A stretch of DNA of 63,989 nt, filler included, from Acidimicrobiia bacterium (GCA_046759765.1; 16 parts of 16 records of this genome joined end to end with filler, not necessarily neighbours in it); one strand, 5' to 3'; counted from the first letter of the whole stretch, positions 19,704 to 30,313 are shown. Numbers and translations: made by a program. The notes: generated by a model not told the origin, from the letters alone.

Positions 19704-20483
19704 CTATCTAGTCCAGCCTTCCAGCTTCAGCACCCTAACGGCGTAGTCGGCTAGCCGGGGGGTAAGCGACGCAGCCCATACGAGCAGGATGTTGAAACCA
19801 GGGATGACGACCTCAGCGCGGTTACGCTCCACCGCCTTGACGACGGCTTTAGCCACCTTTTCGGGCGGTATCGGTTTAGAGATCAGCGGGAAGCGGAACT
19901 CCTCCACAAACGGTGTGTCAACTCTGCCCGGCAGAACAGTCGACACTTGCACGCCGTGCCGGCGCAGCTCCTGACGCATGACGTCCCCGAACCCAACCAA
20001 GGCGAACTTGGCGGACGCGTACGGCGTGTCAAGCGGAAGGCCTTTCTTGCCGTCCACCGAGCCGATCAACACAATGTGGCCAGATCGTTTTTCGGTCATG
20101 TGCGGCAGAGCGGCGAGCACCACCCGGGCAGTACCGTAGAAGTTGACCTCGATCGAGCCCTCGATGTCGTCCATGGTCACATCCACGGCCGGACCTCGGA
20201 TGTATTGGCCGGCGTTGCCGACGACAATGTCGATCTTGCCCCAGGTGGCAATCACCTTCGCGATGAGGCCCTCGACCTGATTGTGCAAGGTGACGTCGGT
20301 CGGGACGACCAGCGCCGAACCTCCCCCAGACTCGACCAGACGGGCCGTCTCTTCGAGTTCTGACGAACGCCTGGCGGCTAGCGCGATTCGTCCCTTACGT
20401 TCCGCAAACGCCACGGCAACCGATCGCCCGATGCCGCTCGAGGCGCCGGTAATGATCGCTACGTGCTGATCGAGATTCGTCAT
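19704..20483 (-). CDS. short-chain dehydrogenase/reductase
   Basis: ITGASSGIG, NAG, catalytic S..YASAK. Confidence 0.93.
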   Translation of the reverse strand: MTNLDQHVAIITGASSGIGRSVAVAFAERKGRIALAARRSSELEETARLVESGGGSALVVPTDVTLHNQVEGLIAKVIATWGKIDIVVGNAGQYIRGPAVDVTMDDIEGSIEVNFYGTARVVLAALPHMTEKRSGHIVLIGSVDGKKGLPLDTPYASAKFALVGFGDVMRQELRRHGVQVSTVLPGRVDTPFVEEFRFPLISKPIPPEKVAKAVVKAVERNRAEVVIPGFNILLVWAASLTPRLADYAVRVLKLEGWTR

Positions 20484-20555
20484 GACTACTTGGAAAGCGT
20501 CGCCGAAGGCTACCCGGGGTGTGACACCCAGCCGGGCCTGTCTAGCCTCGCGTTT

Positions 20556-21616
20556 GTGGCCGACCGATATTGCTACGCGTGTGATCGCCCATCGGCAGAC
20601 GACACGTGCGATAACTGTGGACGGCCCACATCGCGAACAGGCACCGAGTCTTCAGCCCGAAGAGCCGGCCCTCCCGACTATCAGATCGGTCCGGTTCCCG
20701 AATCGGCGAGCCACCGGCCCCGCACCCGTTGGATTCTCGTGGCTGGCATCGGTGTTCTGGCCGCAGTGGCACTGGCGACGCTCCGATTGCCATCCGCCCT
20801 CGAGGAGTCCGAGCCAGCCAACGTCGCCGACCGTCTCACTCCCACGCCTACGACGACTTGGGTGTTCGAACCACCTCCGCGGACGGTGTGGCAGCCTCCG
20901 GCCGGTACTTGGGTGGGTCTCATTAGAAGCTCCGGACCAGAGATCGAACCGCTACTGGGTAGTCAACTCGCCTTCGAACCGCCTCCCGGAGCCATCGATG
21001 TGCTGCCAGACGGCTCGTACCTTGCTCTCGACGGGACCTCGCTGGCGGTCTATGGGAAGGAGAGCCAGTTCGAGCTGGGACACGCCAGAGCCGACACGGT
21101 GGCTCTTTCGCCCAACGGGAGGCTCCTGGCCTTCTTGAACTCGGAAGGGCAGCTAGAGATATGGGATCTGGCGGCTCGAATGTCGCTGGAGGCCGTGGCA
21201 CTTCCTGCGCCTGGCCAGGTAGTGACCTGGTCCCCCGACTCCAAGCTGGTGGGTCTTTCCTTCGAGGTCGGCTATGGAGTCTGGGATCTACGTACCGCGG
21301 CCCTACGCGCACTGGGCCAGACCGGAGAGCTGGTAGCCGTCTCCCCAGACAGTCTGGCCGTTTGGACCGAGGAGCGACTCGAGCTCCGCGACCTGGACGG
21401 CGGGCTGCTGCGAAGCTGGGAAGCCCTGGCCAACTCGGCGTCCGTGGTGGGTGCGTTCGATCCAACAGGACGCTATCTGGCGCTGACGGCGCAGGCGCGG
21501 CCTCCGGAGCGCGATGACGAGCAGGTGACCGAGCCGGAAGTGCCCGGCCTGTGGATGGTCTCGGTATTCGGGACCGCGGAGGTCCGACTGGGTGACGCCG
21601 GACCCTTTACCTGGTC
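20556..21616 (+). CDS. membrane-anchored WD40/PD40-like beta-propeller with N-terminal Zn ribbon (3' truncated)
   Basis: CYAC..CDNC, one TM, repeats LSPNGR, WSPDSK, FDPTGR. Confidence 0.65.
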
Positions 21617-21716
21617 NNNNNNNNNNNNNNNNNNNNNNNNNNNNNNNNNNNNNNNNNNNNTTAATTAATTAANNNNNNNNNNNNNNNNNNNNNNNNNNNN
21701 NNNNNNNNNNNNNNNN

Positions 21717-21996
21717 GTTCTCCGTAGAGGGTTGGCCGGTGCGAGATAAGACCGATCCGATGTCTGACTTCGTATACCTCGGGCGAGCCCAGCTGAGCGC
21801 CAAGAACGACTCCGCCTCCGGCACTGGGACGCGTCAGTGTCGCCAGCACACGCATGAGCGTCGTCTTTCCCGATCCGTTGGGTCCGACCACGCCGGCCGA
21901 GCTGCCGGCCAACACACTCAGGGCGAGATTGCTGAGTACCGGCATCCCGCCGAACTGGACGGAGAGGCCTTCGATACTGATCAGTGGCGAGGTCAC
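21717..21996 (-). CDS. ABC transporter ATP-binding protein, CcmA-like (3' truncated)
   Basis: Walker A GPNGSGKTT, LATLTRPSAG, IGLISH.P.LY. Confidence 0.75.
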
Positions 21997-22033
21997 CCGG
22001 CAATCCTACGGTCCGCCTCGACCAGTCGGATCG

Positions 22034-23706
22034 TCAGCTCCCAACCCGGAAAGAAGGTCCCGCGGCCGCCTTCTTTCGGTAAAGGGTTGTCACGGTCAGG
22101 GCGCTTCTGGTCAGGCCCCAACCCAGGGTCAGGACGACGACCAGTGCCACCAGCAGTCCGACATCCGGAGTACCACGGAGCGCCACCCACGGAGAGACGT
22201 CCAGCCGGGCGGGTATCAAGAACACGAGCACGTAGAAGACGGCCAGATCCACAACCAGAGGGAGCGCGACGAATCGGAGGAAAGCGCCCGGGCCCTCAGG
22301 CAGTCCGATCGGGGACTGTCGCCACCGGCGGATTCGGAACCACGAGATCGCCGCCGACGCCAGCAGCAGAACGAGCACAGTCAGGAGGATCCACCGCAGG
22401 TTCCGAGCCAGCACCGGAACGGTGTTCGTGACCGGCGTGGCCTCTTCCCCCAGAATCAGCTGCAGGATGTTCTCGAACGGAAACACATCACGTCCTGTCA
22501 GCTGGTCGTTGGAGTTGGCGAGCACCACGACGCCCCACTGGCCCTCAGGGACGATGGCCATGTACGTCTCGTAGGTCGGGTAATTGCCCTGGATCTCGAG
22601 AATGGTGGGGATGCGAAACTCTACGTTCTCGTCATCTCCGGAGAGCTGGATGGGCGCGTCCCAGAGCGGACGAACGTGCCAGCCCATGGCAAAGCCGGAG
22701 TAGCGCCCGTACATCTCTGGGGTCTGCATCAGCTTCATGCTGTCCGCGGTGAGGACACGAGCCCCGGAGTAGGCGCCCGCGTTGAGCTGCGCAACGAGGA
22801 GATGAGACAGGTCCTCGACAGTTGAGATCGTCATCGTGGACGGCACGAGCGCGCGCGAGAAGGGCATCCCGGTCGGGGCCGGGTTGCCGAACCACCGATA
22901 GAAACCCTCGGCCATCCCGTCGGCCCGGGCGGTGTCGGAGGCCAAGTGCGAGTGACGCATTTCGAGTGGATCCAGAACGTTTTCGGAGATATACGTCTCA
23001 AACGGCATCTCGGACAGGGTCTGCACGATCAGGCCGAGGATGTCGTAATTGATGTTGGAGTACTCGAACGTCCCGGGCGGGTTGGCGAGCTCCACGCTCG
23101 CCAACCTGCGCACGTTCTCCTCCAGTGCTACATCCGAGGCATTGCCGCTGAAGATGTTGTCCAGGCCGTCCTCTCCGAGAACCCGCTCTGGTGGTGAAGA
23201 AGCAGCCGAGGGGTGATCGAAGCCGGTTCTCCTGAGGCCGTCTCGAACCAGGGCAGGTAGCGCCGAATCGGGGCATCGAGATCCAGAACGCCGTCCTCTA
23301 CGAGCTGGAGCGTGGCGATGGCCGTTAATAGCGACGTAGGCGCGGCCAGCAAGAACGGCGTGTCGGGCGTTATGGGGCGGCTCCGGCCATCAGCGACCCC
23401 GAAGCCCCGGAGGTGAATGGGGAAACCCCCGGAGACGATTCCGAGGGCCAAGCCGGGAATGTCGCGCTCGAGCATCGTCGCCGTCACGAAGTCGTCCAGG
23501 GCTTGCAGGCTGGCGGCGTCGAGACGGGGGGCGACATGTGGCGGAACGCCGCGCTCGGGCTGCGCCTCGCCGAGAGCTTCTGCGCCCTCGGTGATCGGCA
23601 TTCCTGCCTGGTTAAAGGAGCCGCAGGCCCCGACCACGATGATCAGGAAAAGCCCGGGCAGCAGGCGGATACGAAGGGTCGACGGTTTCGCGGTTTCTGT
23701 GGCCAT
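22034..23706 (-). pseudogene. serine hydrolase/beta-lactamase-like protein split by a frameshift near 23170
   Basis: upstream ORF has IPGLALGIV, LLHHQSG; downstream ORF has PGTFEYSN and C-terminal TMs; the downstream frame stays open back to GLDNIFSGNASDVALEENVRRL. Confidence 0.75.
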
Positions 23707-23776
23707 CGGTGGCGCCGAGGATACGCGTTCGGTGGTATAGAGCTAGCGGGTGGCTGCGGGACGTAAGATCCTGTGA

Positions 23777-24439
23777 ATGCCGCGCTACCAGCGGGACCTT
23801 CTCAGCCCAGGCGAGGAGATCGTCAGGGAGTTCCGGCCTCACTGGAGTCGGGTGCTCAGGGAGATCCTCATCTTTGTGGGGACCATCGCGGTAGCGGCCT
23901 TCGTGCTGTGGCTTCCGATCATTCCCGACGAATGGCAATGGATAGGGGTGCTGGTGGTCGTCCTGGTCGCGCTGTTCGTCACGCTTCCCAACATCGTTCG
24001 GTGGAGGTTCAGCGAGTACGTGATCACGAACGAACGCGTGATCACACGCGAGGGCGTGATACGTAAGGCGGGCAAAGAGATTCCGCTGGAGGTCATCAAC
24101 GACGTCGCTTTTACCCAGAACATGTTCGAGCGGATCTTCGGCACCGGAGATGTCACCTTCGAGTCGGCAGGGGAATTCGGCCAGAACCACTACCGCGACA
24201 TCCCGCATCCGGAGCAGATCCAGACTCTCATCTACCGGCTGCGTGAGAATCGGAGCATGCAGCTGAGAGGCCTGGATCAGGCGCCTGAGGCTCCTATGGA
24301 GACGCTGGATGAAGAGATCACCGAGGGCTCTCCCAAATCGAAGGCTGAACAGCTCGAGATCCTGTCTCGGCTTCACGATGAGGGGAAGCTGACCGACGGG
24401 GAGTTCGAGGACCAGAAGCGACGCCTCCTCGACGACTAG
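23777..24439 (+). CDS. bacterial PH-domain membrane protein with C-terminal SHOCT domain
   Basis: YVITNERVI..G, ERIFGTGDVTFESAG, LSRLHDEGKLTDGEFEDQKRRLL. Confidence 0.85.
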   Translation: MPRYQRDLLSPGEEIVREFRPHWSRVLREILIFVGTIAVAAFVLWLPIIPDEWQWIGVLVVVLVALFVTLPNIVRWRFSEYVITNERVITREGVIRKAGKEIPLEVINDVAFTQNMFERIFGTGDVTFESAGEFGQNHYRDIPHPEQIQTLIYRLRENRSMQLRGLDQAPEAPMETLDEEITEGSPKSKAEQLEILSRLHDEGKLTDGEFEDQKRRLLDD

Positions 24440-25846
24440 CGGGCAGAGAAGCGTCTGAGCGCCGGTTCGAGCTCTTTCCAACCAACGGCGATCGCCGATG
24501 GGTCCCTTCGTAGAGCCTCCAGGGCGGCTTCTCGCAGCATTCCGGCTATGTCGGCGAAAGACAGCCCCTCCGTGAGCTCTGCCAGCCGCCCGAGGTCGAC
24601 GTCATCGGAGAAAGGTACGTCGGACAGATCCAGGAGAGCTCGCCGGGCGTCGAGAGCGGGGAGCCCGAGCTCGATCTGCACCTCGAACCTTCCTGGTCGA
24701 AGAAGCGCCGGATCGATGAGGTCTCGTCGATTGGTTGCCCCTATGACTGCCACGTCTCCACGACCGCCGATCCCATCCAACTCCGTCAGCAACGCGGCCA
24801 CCACCGAATCCATGACCGTCGTTGTCGAGCGACCCCTGACAGGAGCCAGGGCGTCCAGCTCATCGAAGAAGAGGAGTGACGGTGCCGCGGCTCTCGTCCG
24901 AGCGAAAACCTCCCTGACCCCGCGCTCAGACTCCCCGACGAACTTGTCGAGGAGCTCGGCGCCCTTCACGGCAAAGAAAGCAGCCCCGGACTCATGGGCG
25001 ACCGCGCGCACCACGAATGTCTTGCCGGTGCCCGGGGGCCCGAACAGCAGAATCCCGCGGGGCGGCTCGATGCCCAGCCTGCCGAATCGATCCGGATCGG
25101 TCACCGGCCAGATGACGGTCTCCGTGAGCCGCTGCTTGACCTCGGCTAAGTCCGCCACCTGATCGAAGCCGTAGGTGGGAATCTCGCCCAGAGGCACCGA
25201 TCCCAGGGATGGCGGTGTTTCCTCGATCGCTTGGGTAATGAGCTCCGTCGTCAAGCGTCCCCCACGGTGGGCCACGAGCGCCGAAGCGTGCACCACGGTC
25301 GCCACGACGTCCGCTCCTGAGAAACCGGCCGACCTCGCAGCCAATAGGTCGTAGTCGAGTTCGTCGGCCGGGACTCTGGCCGTGGCCGCCTCGAACAAAA
25401 GGCGGCGCCGATGGAGGTCAGGTGGAGGGATAGACAAGGTCCGGGGAAGCAGCGCCCGGTCGCCGACGGCTTCCGTGATATGTGTCACCGAGGTCACGGC
25501 CAGGACACAGGCGAGACCCGGGCGCGTCGCCACCGCGTCGAGGAACCAGCGGAGGATCGCGGCCACTTGGGTGCGGTAGGGAGCGAGACCCTCCTCGCCG
25601 GCCACCGCCTCCATACGGTCGACGAAGACGATCCGCGGGCCTTCCACCTTCACTGCTTGCTCCAGGAGATCGAGCAGACGTTGGGGCTTGAAGACCAGGT
25701 TGACGTTGACGGTGTGCACGGGTACGCCGAGCTCCGAGGCGGCGGCGGCGACCAGCTCAGACTTGCCGCCGCCGGTCGGCCCTTCCAGGATGATTCCGGC
25801 TACCTGCGGAAGACCCCAAGCCGTGGGCAGATCGTTGGGCGAGGTG
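24436..25846 (-). CDS. CDC48-like double AAA+ ATPase (5' truncated)
   Basis: GPPGTGKT, LFFDELD, ATNRRDLIDPALLRPGRF; degenerate first AAA module. Confidence 0.88.
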
Positions 25847-25946
25847 NNNNNNNNNNNNNNNNNNNNNNNNNNNNNNNNNNNNNNNNNNNNTTAATTAATT
25901 AANNNNNNNNNNNNNNNNNNNNNNNNNNNNNNNNNNNNNNNNNNNN

Positions 25947-26255
25947 TGCACGGGCCTCGAGCTCCCAGTCGCGAGCATCCAGCTGTGACATCCGCTCCTT
26001 CGTCTGCGCTTCGAGGTGGCCCGCGAACACCGGCCCGCTGTCGCCACCGTCGCCGACCACCGTCTCCAGCTCATAGGAGATCAACCCCGCCACGCCCTCT
26101 CCCATCGACAGGCCAACCGCCTGGCAATACCTCCTCCACGTCGACCACACCGCATCAGACAGCGGAACCTTCACCGCTTGTACCCCACCGGCATGATCCA
26201 ACTCGGCGAAGACCCGGCGGTTGATCTTGGCCAAGATGCCACGATTCAAAGCCAT
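25947..26255 (-). CDS. hypothetical protein with ribbon-helix-helix-like segment (3' truncated)
   Basis: AVKVPLSDAVWSTWRRYCQAVGLSMGEGVAGLI fits a beta-alpha-G-x-S-alpha pattern; GAGGTG RBS. Confidence 0.5.
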
Positions 26256-26787
26256 CAGGCCACCTCGCCGGTCTACCAGTTAACCGCCCGCAACTCGTTG
26301 CAGATGCGTATGGTTGAAAGGGTTCGGATCCGTGATGCGATCGAAGCTGTCGGAAATGCCCGTTATCGAGGTCGGGGCAGTAGATCTCGTTCTCGCAGAG
26401 GATGTCTAGGTGGACTTCCCGGTTGGTCATTTGGTCCCTTGCTCTGTAATCAGAGGTCTGGCCTGATCGTGGCTTGGGACCCTTTCAGTTCGATCGCAAA
26501 GCTTGCCGGTTGTCTTGATCGCGTGACCTATATCGGTTCAAGCTCTGCGGCTGGTCTGTTGGCACAGAGCTTCGAAACACCTGGAGATCTTGCTGTAGAT
26601 GGTTCTGGCGCCTTGGACTGGCTGTAGTCGCAGCCTTCAACGCCATATCCGTCTGCGGGCTCGAGCTCATGGGCCTCGATGTAGTCCTCCTTGGGCAGTG
26701 TCTGATGTGTCTCCGGAACGTCCGATATGTGTCCGGAACGATCCGTAACCGATCATCCCGGTCAGCACACCGGTTAGAACAAGCGCC

Positions 26788-26845
26788 GTTTGAAAGGGTG
26801 TTTGCGACTGGTTTGAAAGGGTGTTTGCGACCGGTTTGAAAGGGT
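26788..26845. repeat. 23-bp tandem direct repeat (~2.5 copies), iteron-like
   Basis: GTTTGAAAGGGTGTTTGCGAC(T/C)G at 26788 and 26811, partial copy at 26834. Confidence 0.8.
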
Positions 26846-27057
26846 TGCCGGGCACCTTCACCGTGTACTGCCGGCCCCCAGCTCCCGCGACCTGCAGCAC
26901 GTGATCCCTAGCAGTTCGACGTAGGTAACACCTCAGCGAGCGGCGCTTAAGGACTCAAGCGACCGGCATCTGTTGAGCTCGATGTCAACAGACGGACCGG
27001 AGACGGTCGCGTACCCTCTGGCTCCGAACGGCGACCGTTCAGAGCGAGGAGTTGATC

Positions 27058-28185
27058 ATGGGTCATATCCGCAAGTCACAGACGGGCAGCTGGCAAGCCC
27101 GCTATCGAGCACCGGATGGACGGGAGCGGGCCCGTAACTTCCCCCGTAAGGCCGACGCCGAGGCCTTTCTGGCCACAGTGGAAGCCGACAAGCTGCGGGG
27201 GGACTGGATTGATCCCCGTCTCGCTCGGATCGCGTTCGGCGAGTGGAATGCCAAGGTCCAGGCCGGGCGAGTCAATCTGGCGTCGTCGACTCGTGCGAGC
27301 GACGACTCTGTAATACGGAGTCTCATCCTCCCCACATTCGAGCAAGCGTTACTGGCAGCAATCGAGCCGAGCGATGTGCGTGCATGGGTCACCGATCTCG
27401 TCGCGGCGGGGTATTCGCCCTCGACCGTCCGCAGGGCCTACACACTCTTTCGGATGGTCCTTGAGCTCGCGGTTGAAGACGGGCGCCTGGCACGGTCCCC
27501 GTGTCGAGGAATCACCCTGCCCAAGATCGAGGCGACCGAGAAGCGTTTTCTCTCGATCGAGGAGCTGGAAGCCCTCGCCGCAGCGATCCGTCCCCAATAC
27601 CGAGCTTTCGTCTTAGCGGGGGCCTACACGGGTCTTCGTCCTGGCGAGCTAGCGGCACTTCGGGTCGACCGGCTCGACCTTCTCCGAAGTCAACTCCGCG
27701 TCGAGGAGCCGCTGAAGACGCCGGCCGCTCGTCGTACCGTGCACTTCCCGAGCTTCCTCACCGAGGAATTGGCTATTCACCTAGCGGCGTATCCCAGCCA
27801 GAACGGTCAAGTGTTCACCGCGCCGGAGGGTGGACGCCTTTTGCTGAACCAGTTTCGCAGGCGGATCTGGTACCCGGCCGTACGCGAATCGGTCGGGGAG
27901 CCGATGCGTCCCCACGACCTCCGCCACACCCACGTGGCGCTTCTCATAGCCGCAGGCGAGGACCCGTATGTCATCTCCAAGCGTCTCGGCCACGCTTCGA
28001 TCCGCACCACCTACGACGTCTACGGACACCTTTTCCAGGGACGTGACAAGGCAGCGGCCGAGGGCTCCTCGGAGATCCTGGACTCCCGGGCAGCGGCCGA
28101 GGCCCTCGAGACTGCCCGAACGCGGACTCTCGCGGACTCCTCGCGGACTGTGGCTGAAGCGCGGGTCGTTCAGCTCGACGCATAA
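27058..28185 (+). CDS. tyrosine recombinase / integrase
   Basis: WQARYR arm-binding N-terminus; TGLRPGE, HDLRHT, LGH, Y catalytic residues; ends 39 nt before tRNA-Ala 3' end. Confidence 0.95.
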   Translation: MGHIRKSQTGSWQARYRAPDGRERARNFPRKADAEAFLATVEADKLRGDWIDPRLARIAFGEWNAKVQAGRVNLASSTRASDDSVIRSLILPTFEQALLAAIEPSDVRAWVTDLVAAGYSPSTVRRAYTLFRMVLELAVEDGRLARSPCRGITLPKIEATEKRFLSIEELEALAAAIRPQYRAFVLAGAYTGLRPGELAALRVDRLDLLRSQLRVEEPLKTPAARRTVHFPSFLTEELAIHLAAYPSQNGQVFTAPEGGRLLLNQFRRRIWYPAVRESVGEPMRPHDLRHTHVALLIAAGEDPYVISKRLGHASIRTTYDVYGHLFQGRDKAAAEGSSEILDSRAAAEALETARTRTLADSSRTVAEARVVQLDA

Positions 28186-28191
28186 CAAGCC

Positions 28192-28218
28192 GAAAGCCCT
28201 TTCTGCAAAAGGGCTTTC
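28192..28218. terminator. hairpin between integrase and tRNA-Ala
   Basis: GAAAGCCCTTT-CTGCA-AAAGGGCTTTC perfect 11-bp stem between convergent transcripts. Confidence 0.6.
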
Positions 28219-28224
28219 TCGCAG

Positions 28225-28298
28225 TGGAGGTAACGGGATTTGAACCCGTGGCCTCTTGCATGCCATGCAAGCGCTCTGCCAGGCTGAGCTATACCCCC
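28225..28298 (-). tRNA. tRNA-Ala(GGC)
   Basis: GGGGGTATAGCTCAGCCTGGCAGAGCG-CTTGC-ATGGCAT-GCAAG-AGGCC-ACGGGTTCAAATCCCGT-TACCTCCA. Confidence 0.96.
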
Positions 28299-28323
28299 GT
28301 GAGTCAACGAGGATACCAGTAGG

Positions 28324-28695
28324 TCAAATCTCGCCGACAGCTACCGGGTAGTCCGTTCGGGGGGCGTCACCCCACAGTCGCTCGAGGTCGTAGTAGGTGC
28401 GCACCTCATTCTGGAATAGGTGAACGACGAAGTCCCCGTAGTCCATCAGCAACCAGCGGGCGTCCTGGACGCCCTCGGTCCGGAGCGGACGCCGGCCTTC
28501 GACGGCGAGGCGCTGCTCGACTTCCTCGGCGAGGCTCTTCACCTGACGATCGGTTGAAGCCGACGCGATGAGAAACAGATCGGTGATCCAAATCAGCTCC
28601 GACACGTCCAGAACTACGACGTGCTCGCCTTTCTTGTCATCGATGGCTGAGGCCGCGAGCTCGGCCAGACGGCGGCTTTCTGGAAGGTCAGCTAT
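28324..28695 (-). CDS. rsfS: ribosome silencing factor (probable non-canonical start)
   Basis: AASAIDDKKGEHVVVLDV, TDLFLIAS, WLLMDYGDFVVHLF..EVRTYYDLERLW. Confidence 0.92.
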   Translation of the reverse strand: MADLPESRRLAELAASAIDDKKGEHVVVLDVSELIWITDLFLIASASTDRQVKSLAEEVEQRLAVEGRRPLRTEGVQDARWLLMDYGDFVVHLFQNEVRTYYDLERLWGDAPRTDYPVAVGEI

Positions 28696-29972
28696 GGCCC
28701 GTCAGAGCTCCCAGAAGGCAGATCACCACCAACAATGATAGTTAGATCGACCACGCCGGAAGGCTGGCGTTGCTCGACCTCTACCTCGCCCAGCGTTAGC
28801 AACCTCTGCACCTCCAGGGCGCTTCTCTGATTCTCCCGGCCTTGCGCAATGACTTTGGTTGTCTCGTAGTCGAAGGCATCGGCGTTGTCGGTTCGAACGA
28901 CCCAGAAGCCCTCCGCGATCAGTTCCTCGGCCACCAAGTGGGTGGTGCCGATCAGACCGTTTCCGTTGAGCACTTCTACCCGCACTCTCGGAGCTTCCCC
29001 GATCCGCAGATACGGGAATTGGACCGTCGCGATCGCCGTCACGCTGTCGCCGGGCAAGTCATAGAGCTCGACATCACCTCCGGGCCGCTCCACCGGCCTG
29101 ACGGCGGCGGCTACCACTTGCCGTTCGGAGTCCGAAACAGTTCCCACGAGAGCTCGACTAACGGCCTCCGCGTCGGTGCCCGCCTGCGCCCCGAGACGCT
29201 CAAGGATCATCGGATCCGCCTCCGCGGCGAGGAGAACGGCCTCCCAGACAGCTCCCTGGCGGACCAACCAGGCCAACTGGTCTGCGGTCCCCTGCTCCGA
29301 GAGGAGCCGAGCCAGCTCGGCAGGTGACCGCTCGGACGCTCCCTCCCCGATCGCGACCACTTGGCTCGTGCCCTCCGAGATGATGAGCGCATTGGGTAGA
29401 TCCACTGCGAGCGGGATTCCGACCGCCTGTGCGAAGTCCTCCGCCGAGATCACCAAGGCACCGTCGACACGAATGCCCAGCAGGTTCATCAGCGTGTGCC
29501 GGGCCAGGCCCTGCCCTCCGAAGCGGGTCACATCGCCGAGCTCGGCTTCACCGAAGCCGGGAACGGTGGTCAGCAAAGCTGGCGGGAAAAGGACCAGCTC
29601 GGAGGCGAAGTCATCCTCGGTCCCTAGCAAGGCGATAGACGCCGCCGTTCCTTGGTTGTCGGTTATGACGACCGCCGCCGAAGCACCGCCTGACGGCGCT
29701 GCGGCTGGCTGCAGCGGGGCGGGCTCCTCTTGGGAGCTCAGCACCACCCACGACGCCGCCACGGCCGCCACCACGATGGCCAGCGCAGCCAGGGCAGCCA
29801 GCAGCATCCTCCTGGTCGCCCGCCTGCTGCTCGCTCTCCGGGCCGCCCGATTGAGCTCCCGCGGAGAGCTGGGAGTGTCCTCGAGAACACCGGACTGACG
29901 GCGCCGCCCCGGCGACGGAATGAGTGTCACGCCCCGTCTCCGCTTCGGACGGCGGTGGCGGGCATCAGCCAT
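28692..29972 (-). CDS. LCP-like protein with LytR_C domain
   Basis: TM anchor, C-terminal RVEVLNGNG..NAD..DLTIIVG.D; lies between nadD and rsfS. Confidence 0.75.
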   Translation of the reverse strand: MADARHRRPKRRRGVTLIPSPGRRRQSGVLEDTPSSPRELNRAARRASSRRATRRMLLAALAALAIVVAAVAASWVVLSSQEEPAPLQPAAAPSGGASAAVVITDNQGTAASIALLGTEDDFASELVLFPPALLTTVPGFGEAELGDVTRFGGQGLARHTLMNLLGIRVDGALVISAEDFAQAVGIPLAVDLPNALIISEGTSQVVAIGEGASERSPAELARLLSEQGTADQLAWLVRQGAVWEAVLLAAEADPMILERLGAQAGTDAEAVSRALVGTVSDSERQVVAAAVRPVERPGGDVELYDLPGDSVTAIATVQFPYLRIGEAPRVRVEVLNGNGLIGTTHLVAEELIAEGFWVVRTDNADAFDYETTKVIAQGRENQRSALEVQRLLTLGEVEVEQRQPSGVVDLTIIVGGDLPSGSSDGP

Positions 29973-30036
29973 AGAGCTCGTGCTCCTCGACGTACTCCCA
30001 CACGGGATCCGGCGTCATGAAACGGATGGACCTGCC
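29965..30036 (-). CDS. nadD: nicotinate-nucleotide adenylyltransferase, C-terminal fragment
   Basis: GRSIRFMTPDPVWEYVEEHELYG* matches the NadD C-terminus; synteny with rsfS. Confidence 0.8.
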   Translation of the reverse strand, partial: GRSIRFMTPDPVWEYVEEHELYG

Positions 30037-30313
30037 NNNNNNNNNNNNNNNNNNNNNNNNNNNNNNNNNNNNNNNNNNNNTTAATTAATTAANNNNNNNN
30101 NNNNNNNNNNNNNNNNNNNNNNNNNNNNNNNNNNNNCTCACTCCTGCGGCGGTCCGGCGACGACGAAGAAATGCTCATGCTGTTGAGCTTCCTAACCCAG
30201 ACCGACTGCCGCGGTGTCTCAGCGCGCCACCGAACCGAGTACGTCGATTACTACTTGTCGCTCCGGGACAATAAGGAAGACTCGATCTCACACCCAACGT
30301 CGATGCTGGTCGT

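Larger units (their letters stand above)
25947..28224. mobile_element. end of an integrative element inserted at tRNA-Ala
   Basis: integrase abutting tRNA 3' end, CGCGGACT x3 arm-like repeats (28121-28149), non-core ORFs; core nadD-LCP-rsfS on the other side. Confidence 0.8.

Noticed and set aside
26788..26845. GTTTGAAAG repeats resembling CRISPR repeat ends
   Set aside because: Direct tandem copies with no spacers.
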